Assembly (NCBI GenBank): GCA_036867785.1
Contig: CP145413.1
Coordinates: forward strand, 186,001 to 250,000
Length of the DNA stretch: 64,000 nt
Direction: 5' to 3'
From: Plasmodiophora brassicae
Taxonomy: Eukaryota
Under the pieces are notes generated by a model. That model was not told the DNA's origin and did not search any database. It was given only the letters and a program-made list of their open reading frames with translations. Shown here piece after piece: positions 35,363 to 47,200 of this stretch. A program made the translations under genes and the position numbers. Within the stretch, counting starts at the first letter, position 1. Every line of letters starts with the position of its first letter.

Positions 35363-38300
35363 TCATTCCTGCAAAGACGCGGTCGTGACGCTTTGGTCGA
35401 AGGTTTGGGAGAGGCAGCGTGGTCGCTGACGTCGACGGTTGGGGCTCACTGAGTTCGTCGGTGCGCCCTGTGCGATCTCGCGCGCAAACGCCTTGAAGAC
35501 ATCGCGCCCACAAAGAAGGTTCTTGATTCGAATGCGCTCGTTTTCCAAATGGGCTTGATCAAGTGCCTGCCCAAACGCGATGTGGACAGCAGGAGCTTTC
35601 AGCGCCTCTTCGAGATAATGGGTCGTCGCCATCGTTCCTATACGGACGCGTCAGCCTCCGGATGTGTTTATCTGACAGAAGACACGACCCTACCTCCTTC
35701 CCTGATGAACAGCGGCTCTACATTCCAGACGTCGCGAATCGCTTTCGCTGCGGCTTGGAAAGCGTGCGATTCTGGATTCCCGAGCCACCAGTTGCCAGTA
35801 TGAACAGTGTCAACTTTGAATGTGTTCCCTGAATTGAGCCGGGCGAATGCGCGCTCGACATGTTTTGTGAACGCCTCAGCAACCTGTTTAGCGACCGGGT
35901 TACTACCTAGAACGTTCCTGCGGATGGCAGTACTACTACTGACCTCGTCTGGCGCCTGGTCAGGGACAATGCGCATCGATACAGTTGCCTTGGCGGAATG
36001 GCTAATGATGCTTCCTAAGCCCGACCTGTCCTTGGGGCTACTTTCAACGCTGAATCGCAGTACGGTAAGACGATGCCAAAATCGGAGAGACGGAGACATA
36101 CCCGTGAATAGTCAGGCACGGCTCTCTCCACCGCCGCTTAAGAATGGACTTTGCATCTGAGAAGGGAGGCACGCATAAGATACGACCTCGACCAGACGAA
36201 TCTTCTCCACATAACCATCTGACCGCAGCTGGTGCACGCCGACTTCTTCTACGTATTCGTCAAGGCCAAAGTCGGTGTCGTCATAGTACGAGTCCTCAAG
36301 ATCAGTCATCTGCGCAACAGGATCGTAGAAACCATCGATCAAAACGCGGCCGTTCTCATCGATCAATGTGGACAGGATATGAACAAGGTCGACCATAGGT
36401 TCGTGCAGTGCGCCTCCATGGACACCTAAACAGCTTGAATACGACGGTTGCGGGGAGATCCCACATCTGAGCATACCTGAATGGAGATCGGCACGGAGGC
36501 CATAGACCTCAATGGTCATGACAACGATACCTCGCATACCATAGCTGAACACCATTTCAATACTTCATCGAGGAAACTAGGATTTGACCCACTTAAGGCA
36601 TGGCCGGTCCAAACCGGACCAGACAGTATTCGCCAGCAATATGACGCTTGGCTTTTCCAGCCACTCTAATGAGAATGTCAGACCAGTGCCGTTCAAATGG
36701 ACAGTACGTACCGACGGAAGATGCCACTGCTGTCGCGAACCCGCCGCGGAACGAATCTCGCTCGCCCTCCCCATCTAGGATGAGGACAATATCGAGGGGA
36801 GGAGCCCCGTCCTCTGCAATAATCTCCTTGATGGCGAACAGGAAGGCAGCAAGCGGGCCCTTATTGTCGGAGGCGCCTCGGCCATACCTGGTGGACACGT
36901 TATTGTAACGGCAATTCAACAGGGCTTGTTTCTTACAGGTATCCATTGCGGCCAGTAAGGACAAATGGCGGGGAAGCCCAGCGCTCGGAACACACCGAAA
37001 CAACGTCGTAATGAGCATAAAACACAAGCTTGCGACCGGGTTCATTGCTCGGGAAAGCGGGTATACGTGCAATCAGGATTGGATTGCAATCTGATTTGAT
37101 TTGCCGAAGCTGCGTCTCGGCACCAATTTCTTGCAGGAATTCCTCAAGGAATTTGATGCAGTTCCACCCTTCACTGCGTTTCGAGTCATCAGTGCTGACG
37201 GTCTGATAGGCGACTAGTTGCTGGAGGAAGTAGACGAGGTTGTCGTCATTTGTGTTTCTTTGTGAGCAATGGGACATTTCGTGAACGACAGCGAGTATCT
37301 AAGCGACTCTCAGAACACCGAATCAGCACGCAGGTCTGACATTGCACCTTTCTGCGGGTCCCAAGCGGAATTCCGATAGCGGAGAGTTCTGCATCCTTCA
37401 CGAGATGCAATGCGTCGAGATCAATCTAAACGTGGTCAGATTCGCCAGGTAGAAGGAGAAGTTTCCTTACTTCATGCTTCTTGAAAATGTCGATATACGC
37501 TTCAGCACCAGCTGCAATCAGCAGATCGTTGAACGCGGTCGATGATTTGTACGTGGTTAGACGTGGCTGGCAATGGTCCATGATGCTAACATGACAGATA
37601 GTATTCAATGTCAGCCGTTGGGTAATTATCCGCCATGGAGACCTACGCCGGTTTCAGTTCTCGGCAGACGAATGGGTGGGTGTTCGGAAGCCGCCAGACG
37701 GTGATGCAGTTGTCTGTCCCGCAAGTGAAAAGAAATTGCCTGTCGTTGCACATATACAGCACTGTTCCATCAACGTCAAGTCTAGCATAGGCGGGCAGTC
37801 AGCTTCGCTACTGAAACATGCAGGAATGGAACTAACTTTCCACAACGAATCTTTCGCAGCGCCTGCACATCGAGAGCTTGTACAGAGCTCATAGACGTTG
37901 ACACGAAGAGGACTTCGCCGACGACGCACAGCGAAATAACTGGGTGGAGCAGGTCAACGGAGCGAACCAGGTGGCATGATTCAAGCGCCCAGAGTTTAAT
38001 CGTGCGGTCCCGGCTCCCTGGCGTTAGACCACTCATTTAGAGGATTCGCCTGCATCAGCACGACAACACGTATCCTGACCGGAAAGAAGGTGCGCGTCGG
38101 GCATTATTGCCAGACAGGTTACTGAATCTGTGTGGCCTTCCAAGGTTGCTTTGTGCGACATTGTCGTAAAATCCCACACCCGTATCGTGAAGTCACCGGA
38201 GCCGCTCAAGATGAGATGCTGCGTCGCCACGAGCGCGTACTAAACGGAGTCAGCAGCCATATTCCAGCACGGTTGAAACGAGCTGACGTACCACGTACCC

Positions 38301-39104
38301 AAGATGGCCCCTCAGGAAAGACGCATGCTGGCAAACGTCGACAGCGGCCGTTGGAGCGGTTGCCGACGATTCCGGGAGGTCTTGCAGTAATTGCCCAATG
38401 TCAAACGTCATGATGGAGGAATCAAGGCACCCGGCAAAGATACGGGTCCCGGACAAGAGCATGTCGAATACCGAGCACGCCATCTGCGTGGATACAAGGA
38501 TGGGTGCCATCTGGACGGCGTCCCAGACCCGGATAGTGTTATCGCGAGCTATAGGAAATTGGGCTGAGTTTGTCACCGGGACGCGGATGAAGACATGATG
38601 GTCACGTTACACGACGAAATGAGTACACTACGACCATTGATGCTCTGGGCGGACAGCACCATCGACAAGATCGGCCGGCGATGCCCGACCAGGTCGCAGA
38701 CAAAAGAGAACTAGGTTTTGAAAATCAACAGTAGGAACCCACACATCCAAGTAATAACCAGGGGCGTTGTCGCATCACTTACAGTATTCAGCTCCCACAC
38801 GATTATTAGGCCATCCTGGTCGCCACTGAACAGATGATTGGATTGTGACGAGACGGTGAGAGCCAGCCTGCCATGCAATTAGACGTTCCCCGATACACGC
38901 CTCACAATCCGGTACGTACACAGAATCTGAATGTCGCGCCAAGACATGCTCTCGGCGAATGTGAGGCGTTAACGTGGGTGGCGCCGGTGATGGGCTGCGA
39001 TCCGCCCTCGGTGCTGCTTCATGCGCCAGCAACGTTGCAAGCGCCGCCGACCGATCCGACTGCCTGGAGGCGCGGCTGCCCGTGCCCCCCGGGCAGGATG
39101 ACAT
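35363..39104 (-). CDS. DUG2: Dug2-like WD40-repeat + M20 peptidase fusion protein
   Basis: WD40 repeats (RDNTIRVWD, SGSGDFTIRVWD, GSRDRTIKLW), then FYAHYDVV, YGRGASDNKGP, YGMRG, DLHSG|VHGG, VSMRIVPDQ, EPLFIREGG and FGQALDQAHLENERI. Confidence 0.85.
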
Positions 39105-39316
39105 CCTCCCCGCGCGAGAATCCCGGTGCGCTAACTACCCCCAACACGGAAAATATAACGCCTTCGCTCTGTCCGATTCACGTTAAAATACAACTGGCCA
39201 CTATTCGGCTCTCCTGACAGTAACTGATGCCAGATTAGAGTCGTCGCGACGGTTTTTAGTTGGATGAGGGGAGGGGAGGGGGTGATGGAGTCTGGTAAAT
39301 GCGCGAACGCACGGTC

Positions 39317-40816
39317 CTATACGGCCTCGTACGATAGGTGGCTCTCGAGTTTCTTGCCTTCCGCGACCTTTCGGGCAGCCTTCATGAAGTCCTCTTGGGT
39401 GACGTAATCACGATCAGCTCTTATTGCGAAAAGCCCTGTACAGCACACCGTCGGATACAGATAATGGGCCGAGGTTGCGGGAACGTACCGGCTTCCGTGC
39501 ACACGTTGCGAAGGTCGGCGCCGTTGAACCCGTCGGTGAGCTTGATCACGGCCTCGAAATCAATCTCGCCCTGCTTGGCAACCTTAGCAGAATGGATCTT
39601 CATAATTTCCAGACGTTGCTGTTCGTTCGGCAATGGAATTTCGATCTTGCGATCAAGGCGACCTACAGCAATGAATCAGGAGAATCAGACATGCCGACCA
39701 TTCCAACCCTACCTGGGCGAAGCAAGGCCGGGTCAAGCGTATCGGGGCGGTTCGTTGCCATGATCATCTTCACTTTACCAAGTGAATCGAAACCGTCAAG
39801 CTGGTTTAGCAACTAAATAAAAAGGTACACATTGAGGACATTCTGCCAACAAAACGGAAGCATGACAAACCTCCATGAGCGTTCGCTGGATTTCTCTGTC
39901 AGCACTGGTACCTTCTGAGAATCTCCGACCTCCAATGGCATCGATCTCGTCCATGAAAATAATGCAAGGCTCGTGTGATCGCGCATATCCGAACATCTCT
40001 CGAATAACACGCGCGCTTTCACCGATATACTTGTCGACAATAGCGGATGCGACAACCTTGATGAAACTGGCGTCGATGTTCTTGGCCATGCAACGCGCCA
40101 GCAGGGTTTTCCCAGTTCCTGGAGGCCCATACAGAAGGACGCCTTTTGGTGGTTTGATCCCAACTCGAACGAACAAATCAGGATTGATAAGGGGCAGCTC
40201 AATAACTGACAACAATTCAGCGAAGCGTCACAGGTAGGCTCATCTCATTACCTTCACGAAGTTCGCGAATCTGCTGGTTAAGACCACCAATGTCGTTGTA
40301 GGAGATATTTCCTGGATCTTCGTTGAGCATGTTGAACACGGCTGGATCAACTTCACGCGGCAGCATCCGCATGATTGTCAGCGTCGTCATATCCAGCGCC
40401 ACACGAGAACCCGAAACCAGCTTAGCTTTGTCAACAGCGGTACGGCATCCAACGACATAACGGGGCCCGCTTAATGCTTTGACGATGACTGACAATGGAA
40501 TTCAGTATCTGATTTAGCACCCTCACAGGAGGAACACGCATCCAACATTTATCCTCAGTCAGCTGCTTGAGGACTTCGCCAATAATTTGGCCGACGTTCT
40601 GAAGAGCCTTGAGATGGTCTTCCGTCTTCTCAAACTCATCATTCTGCTTGTTCATGTCCTCGCGTACTGTGCACACATTTGAGCGCGGTTGAACCACGGA
40701 CCCATGGCCGACTTACATTTCTTCACCCGCGTTTCAAGCTGACGGTGCTGGAGCACCTTCCGCCTGTAGTTGTCGACGGCCGCCTTGCGGCGATCCTCCG
40801 CCGACTGTGACGACAT
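39317..40816 (-). CDS. PSMC6: 26S proteasome AAA-ATPase subunit Rpt4
   Basis: [67 protein letters not shown] and [15 protein letters not shown]. Confidence 0.97.
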
Positions 40817-41224
40817 TGATCTTGCACCCGACGACCCGCTTGCAACAATCAACCCCGTGGAATAATAATTTTTGAGGCTACGGCGGAATAGGAGCACCTA
40901 ATACAGAACAGGGCTGCTGCGGCCTCTGCAACTCAATCATTGCCCTTTCTTGATCGACACGCCTGTTTCTTGGCCGACCTGTGACTCCATGGCACAACGG
41001 TATACGACGGCGAAATCGATCGACGACGATCGTCGCGCACTTGGCGAGACAACACCGCTCGCAGGCTACACACAGATGGCAGAGTCGGTTCGTTTAGGAG
41101 GCCGGTTGCCAGGGAGTTCCGCAGCACAGCGTGGGACACCTCAAGTCAGGTGGCGGGCGGCCAATCCGCGGCACGGCTCGATAGATCTTTTCGGAGGTCC
41201 GTGCGTTGGTGTCCGTTGCTCCCA

Positions 41225-42833
41225 ATGGACATCCGCTCGAGCGTTCTCGCCATTCTCGTGGGCGGATCGCCGGCACCAGGCATCAACTCAGTCATCTCTG
41301 CGGTCGCACTCGAGGCGATCAACAGCGGGCTCGGTTTGCGGTCGGCTTGCCCTGGATGGCTGTTGCTCTGACTTGGGTGGGACAACGTGTACAGATGTGG
41401 TCGGGATCAAGCGGGGATTTAAACGCATTCGAATGGGACAGACGTCCGGGTGCTGGATCCCATTGACTGTGGCCAATGTCTCATCAATCCATTCGATAGC
41501 TGGGTCGATCCTGTTTACGAGCAAGTCTGATTCTGTCAATCGTGTCTTCCAACGCTGTCTAACATGACGTTACTCTAGGGCACAACTTACTGAACCGCAG
41601 GAAGTGGATAATACGCTGCGCTCACTTGAATACCTACGTGTGCGCTACTTGGTTACCATTGGGGGCGTCGAGACTGCTCACTCGGCGCATCTCCTGTCTA
41701 TGGGTGCCAAGACGGCTGCGTTCGATTTATCGATCGTCCATGTTCCTAAGACGGTTTACAATGACTTGCCGGTAGTAATTACGCAACATCTGTCTTTGCC
41801 TGGCTGACACTCTCTCAGATGCCGGCTGAATGTATCACATTCGGGTTCTCCACCGCTCGTGACACGGGCTTGGCCCTATGCCAGAACTACAGGTAAACGT
41901 CATGACTAAGCTGTGAATAACTCTGAAGATCGGAGCGTATAGAGTCGATGCGAAGACGCTTGGACGCTGGTACCTCATCACGGTAATTGGCCAGCGAGCG
42001 GGACACCTGGCTGAAGGAATCGGCAAGGTGCTAGATGCTTTTCGTGCTAGTAGAATAACTTTGGTTCACAAGAGTCGTGCTTGCAGGGTGCAGCAGCTAC
42101 CGTAACTCTGATCCCAGAAGAATTCAAAGAAGGTGAATTCAACTTTAAGACAATCGTCGACATTATCGAAGCTTCCATGATCAAGCGGCTGGCAACGGGC
42201 CGTGACTACGGGATTGTTGTTCTGACTGAAGGCCTCGTTGGCATACTGCCGGAGACCGAAGTCAGGGAATTGTTTGGGTCTGTCATGGACGGGTCTGTAG
42301 CATATACTCATCCTTGATAGCATCTCATTAATACGTACTTGTAGATATAGCAGTCTGTCTAAAGTGGTCCGCGATCACGTCTATGGGCGCCTCAAAGCCA
42401 AAGGCGTCGACCTTACTGTCGTTCCCAGCAACATCGGATCCGAGATCCGCTCGGCGCCGCCAAATTCGACCGACATTAACCTGGCGCGAGATTTAGGTCA
42501 GTCGTAAAAATGAACTACCGAAGGCTCTATTCAAAAGTGACAATAGGATACGGCGCGGCTCGTTACCTAATTGCTGGGTCCAGCGGAGGCATGGTTGGTC
42601 TCAAGGGTGGGTCCATTGTCATTTTCGACCTCGAGGGTGTGCGCATGAGCGACGGCCACTATCACATTCGCCCGGTCGATCTTCACAGCGGATCCTACGA
42701 AGTCGCCATCAAGTACCAGATCCGCCTGCTGAAATCGGACCTGGACGACGCCGAGCTGGTCAAGAAAATGTCAGACGCGTGCCACCTCGACCCGTCCGAG
42801 TTCGTTCGACGGTTCAGCCATATCGCCATGTGA
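41225..42833 (+). CDS. Short-type PPi-dependent phosphofructokinase homologue with degenerate active site
   Basis: ILVGGSPAPGINSVI, VTIGGVETA, VHVPKTVYNDLP, TFGFSTAR, IGQRAGHLAEGIGK, TLIPEEF and NIGSEIRSAPP. Confidence 0.88.
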
Positions 42834-42875
42834 ATGTCATGGCCTAACACTACAGGAACCATTTGTTGATTGTCG

Positions 42876-43130
42876 TTACATCAATGTATTGTCACGGTCC
42901 GTCTTTCGAATCAGCATCTGGATCTGGTCCCGCCCCAGCGTCCCAACCGCGTGCAGCGTCATCAGGTCCGCCACGGCATCATTGTAATCGCGATCGGTCC
43001 CTTCGCCGGAGCGGAACCCAACGGCGATGTTCTCCACCAGCTTCCTTCGTGCGTAGTCCGGCCAACCCGGCAGCTTGGACGCTTTCAGGTAACGACGATA
43101 CAGCCTTGCCCACGCCTTCGGCTCAACCAT
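42876..43130 (-). CDS. Small LYR-motif (LYRM)-like protein
   Basis: 84-aa ATG ORF containing ARLYRRYLKAS...ARRKLVENIAVGFR, with LYR...F(R) spacing. Confidence 0.6.
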   Translation of the reverse strand: MVEPKAWARLYRRYLKASKLPGWPDYARRKLVENIAVGFRSGEGTDRDYNDAVADLMTLHAVGTLGRDQIQMLIRKTDRDNTLM

Positions 43131-43262
43131 CAGTCCACCGCTACCACGGCGGCCGCCGCATCAGCTATTTCCGAGCAACTCGTCCGAAGCTGCACTTGCT
43201 CCTCCTCGCCCTCAGGTGACCGCGCGCTCATCAGTTGGCAGTCACAATTCGACACAAAGCGC

Positions 43263-44052
43263 ATGGGCAATCCGGAGGATTTTGTGTTCACGTTGGAGTC
43301 GAACATCGCCATTCGTGAGTTTAGGGGTAACAAGACCGCCCCAGTGGCCGTGCCGAGCTGGAAGGCACACTTGCGTAACTACATGACCTGGTGACCCAGG
43401 GACCGGGAAGGTACACGTGGGTGGATTGCTCCATGAGCTGGTTAGAGAGGGCTGCAGCCGTGGGTCATATCGAGAAGTACGTCCTGCTTCACGACGACTA
43501 GCAGAAGAGGGGATTCCAGCGAACGGAAGACGCTAAGCAGTGTGCGTGATCGCGTCTGGCATCTATATGCCCATCGCTATTCCCTCTCCCCCTGCGGCGT
43601 CTTCTGCATTTGCAACTTCGCAATGTGCATCTCACTGGCGGACTTCATTGCCTCAGCATGCGATTACCTACTTCACTGCCTCGCACAGCTGATTGCATGC
43701 CTGCGTCGAGATAGTATGCGAACCGTTCGTCCAGTTGCACGTTCGCGCGCATGCTGGTCTGCAGGTTCACCACGAAAGCTGCTGCATCCACTGCCGACAT
43801 GCGGAAAGAGATGACTGAGTTCTGGCGGCGAGGCTCTCAAGATTCTTCGTCTCTGGTACGTGAAGCGGCAGGAGTGGTATCCACACGACCCACTGAAACC
43901 AGTTCTCCTCGAACGCCTTTGAACTCTGGGTGCAGTTGCTGCAGCGTCCACGCTCGCGACGTCACTACAGCAGTATCTGCCGCGCCCACGCGTTCTTGCT
44001 CGCCTTCAAGAAGACGCTGCTTGAGTTGCTTATTACATTTCTGCGGAACTAA
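43263..44052 (+). CDS. Hypothetical small multi-exon protein (5' exons unresolved)
   Basis: Two GT-AG introns near 43714-43764 and 43856-43902 join LIACLRRD|RFTTKAA..SSSL|FSSNAFELWVQLL..LLELLITFLRN*. Confidence 0.3.
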
Positions 44053-44102
44053 CAGAGAGGGAATATCGCTGGATATATAGATGCCAGACGCGAACACGCG
44101 CA
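43541..44102. repeat. 48-bp inverted repeat pair (43541-43588 / 44055-44102)
   Basis: TGTGCGTGATCGCGTCTGGCATCTATATGCCCATCGCTATTCCCTCTC versus the reverse complement of 44055-44102: 42/48 identical. Confidence 0.85.
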
Positions 44103-44290
44103 TAAAGTAGTGTTTAACTATCTGTGAAACTACACAAGGCTCTACCTATGTACATATCCCCACTGTCGAGCTCTACTGCAGAGTTGCTGGACAAAACGCA
44201 GACCATTTTTTCGAGCGAGCGCGCGCGAATTGCGACGCCAGCTTCAGTGCGGGTAACGCCGACCATTGCCTGTCGGTGTGGAGAGGAGCA

Positions 44291-47200
44291 ATGGATGCTC
44301 TGCCATTTGGCGGGGCCGAAGCGCGCAACGAGTCTGTCCGGGTGGCAATCCGTATCAGGCCGTTGAACGATCGGGAACTGGGTGCGGGGGCGTCCCACAT
44401 CTGGCGCGTCGAGCAGGACGGGCGCGTCATCCGGCGTACCGACGATGCACAGTGCTCGTTTACGTTTGACCATGTGTTCGACGAGAGTCACTCCACTGAA
44501 GCGTTATATCAAGCCATAGCGGCTCCAATCGTCAACGCGTCCATGCAGGGTCTGCTCAGCACATTGCGCTCTATTGGTCCACACTGAATCCGGGATAGGA
44601 ATCAACGGCACGATATTTGCTTACGGCCAGACGTCTTCGGGAAAGACGCATACGATGACAGGATCGCGAGAGGCGCCTGGTGTTGTCCCGTATGCGCTGT
44701 CTGATATCTTTCAGTTCATCGCCGATGTATGGTGGTTTGCATGATGCGTCCCGTTCTCACGGCTAAGACGCCACACAGCATGTTGACCGCGAGTTCCTGT
44801 TGCGGGTGTCGCATTTGGAAATTTACAACGAAGTCATTCGGGATCTTCTCAACCCTGAGAACACGAATCTGAAGATCCATGAGTCCGCTGATGGCAACGT
44901 TTTCGTTGGCAAACTGACCGAGTGCAACGTCCGGTTAGTATCAGGTATCAGCTCACTTGATCTACAACTGACAGTCGATCGCTGCAGATCTCCCGCTGAG
45001 GTTATGACTCTGCTTCTACAAGGACAAGGCAGGGAACATTTTAGCCGTATTCCGGTTTCTGTTAACCGTATCCATAGCAAACCGACAAACGGCTGCTACG
45101 CAAATGAACGAAGAAAGTTCCCGTTCACATTCGATCTTTCGTTTGGCGATTGAGAGTCGAGAACGGCAACGCGAGGGCCAAACGTTGGATGAGGCAGGAG
45201 ATAACGTCGTGATGTCTGGTTTACCTCGTACTGACAGTCTACTAGGTTGACGGTGGCGTCCAGATTGCATCGTTAAACCTTGTCGACCTTGCTGGGAGTG
45301 AGCGCGTTTCCAGCACAGGATCTACAGGATTACGCCTGAAAGAAGGAGGTATCAGATCCCGCATGATTGTTTCACGCCATGTTTGCTGATCGCAACGTTG
45401 TGAAGGCCACATCAACAAATCACTGCTGACATTAGGCAAATGCATTCGCCTGTTAAGCGAGGGCAATAATAATCGGCACATTCCTTTTCGCGATAGCAAG
45501 CTTACAAGGTTGTATTCTGTCTTGCTGAGAGAGGTCCGAAGTTCACGATTATTGCACAGGATCCTTTCTTCGGCTCTTGGGGGCAACTCCTCGACACTGA
45601 TCATCTGCGCTGTCACTCCCGCCTCGAACAATTTTGACGAAACCATCAGCACCATTAACTTTGCGACGCGGGCGAAGGCGGTCCAAAACTCTGTCAAGAA
45701 GAATGAGGTTGACCCTGAGCACACGCCTGTGTGTGCAACCTGATCACTGACTGCGCATACTGTAACCAGGTGGTGGACGAGCAGACTCTAATTCGGCGTC
45801 TGCAAAAGGAGATCTCCATGCTCAAGTCACGGCTCCGCCGATCGGATGAATCCGATGATCTTAGGGCACAATGTGACGCAAAGACGAAACAACTAGAGGA
45901 GGTTCAAACACAGGCAAATAACCTCAGAAACCTGTTCATCAACGCGAACAATCTTGACATTAGTGGGGTTGGGTCGACTTGATTTGCAGGGTGTCTGTCC
46001 AGTGATAACGTTGGACGTAGCTTTCGGCCTACAATGCTCCTGTTGAGCACGACAACACCAAGAAATCAGTCGTACGACGCAGAAGGACCGTTGACCCGGG
46101 TAAATGCAAATCACCAGCAGACTGACGTGTGTTCTCATATGCTACCAGCAACGTTCAGCATGCCTAACCACTCTGCGTGGGGCCGAGAATCGTTTGAAAG
46201 ATGGAAACCCACTCCTTTGTGCGCTGTGGATGAGCACACCGAATTAGGCGTAAGGTTTCATTATCGCATCGCGACCTTTGTTGCTGATTGCATTCTTTGC
46301 TACAGGGTGCTCGTCCTGACTCTTGTCGAAACGAATTGAAAAGCTCGCCAGACAGTTCGCTATTTCGTGAATCCAAGTTGGATGAGGTCAGGCAGGAGGC
46401 TGATGTTAATCAGCTACAGCATGAGTGCAATACGTTGCGTCATCGGTTAGTGCTCGTTCTGTGCTGCATTCAGCTTACCGTTAATGTCCGAAATCGTTGC
46501 CAGCTGCTCAGTTACTGATTCAAAGTTGGAGTCTACCACTGCTGATGTTCGACGGCTCACTGAAGAGTGTGATGGATTACGTGCCCGGTTGCTCCAGGAT
46601 CGCAAGACAGCTGCGCTAGCTAATGCCGAGCTTAAGCAACAATTAGAACGAGTATGGGATCTATCCGTTTGTTCCTCCTGCTACGCCCAACTTTGTTCGA
46701 CTTTAGGCTACCGCCGATGCCACTGGCCACACAGATCAGATTAGCGCTCTGAAATGCAGTTATGAGACATTGCGCCATGAACGCGACGGTCTGAGCGCTC
46801 AAATTTCTGATCTTCAGTCCACTATCCAGGTATTTGGTTCGTGCCGCACACTACCCTGTCTCTGAGCGGTACCGTCACGTAGGCACAATTGTCTGATATT
46901 TCAAGTTTGAAGCTCGTCGCAGAGAATTCTACTCGTACACATGAGCAGGAAATGTCAAGGCAGAAGTATGACTTCGAAAAGGCTCTACAAGCAGTCAATG
47001 ATCAGGCAGCACTTACTGTCGATGAGGTATTATATGCGTGGCCTTATGAACGTTCATCCGGTGAACAATGGCTTAGGTTAGAGCAGAACTTAGGCAGCAG
47101 ATCGATGACCTCACGAGCCAACTAAGTATCGCGCAAGAAAACGCGGTTTCATCTACAGAACTGAACAGATTGCGCTCTGACAATGAAGATTTGAAGGCAT

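Noticed and set aside
486-42833. Co-occurrence of Nas2 with Rpt4, and of three sugar kinases, as functional clusters
   Set aside because: Separated by many unrelated genes; no support beyond chance in a compact genome.
43128-43333. TGATG stop/start overlap upstream of the LYR gene suggesting coupled translation
   Set aside because: The upstream ORF has no recognisable features and overlaps the probable divergent promoter and first exon of the plus-strand gene; likely chance.
43263-43501. Possible selenoprotein read-through at TGA 43392-43394
   Set aside because: No redox motif around the TGA and no SECIS recognised; unresolved splicing explains it equally well.
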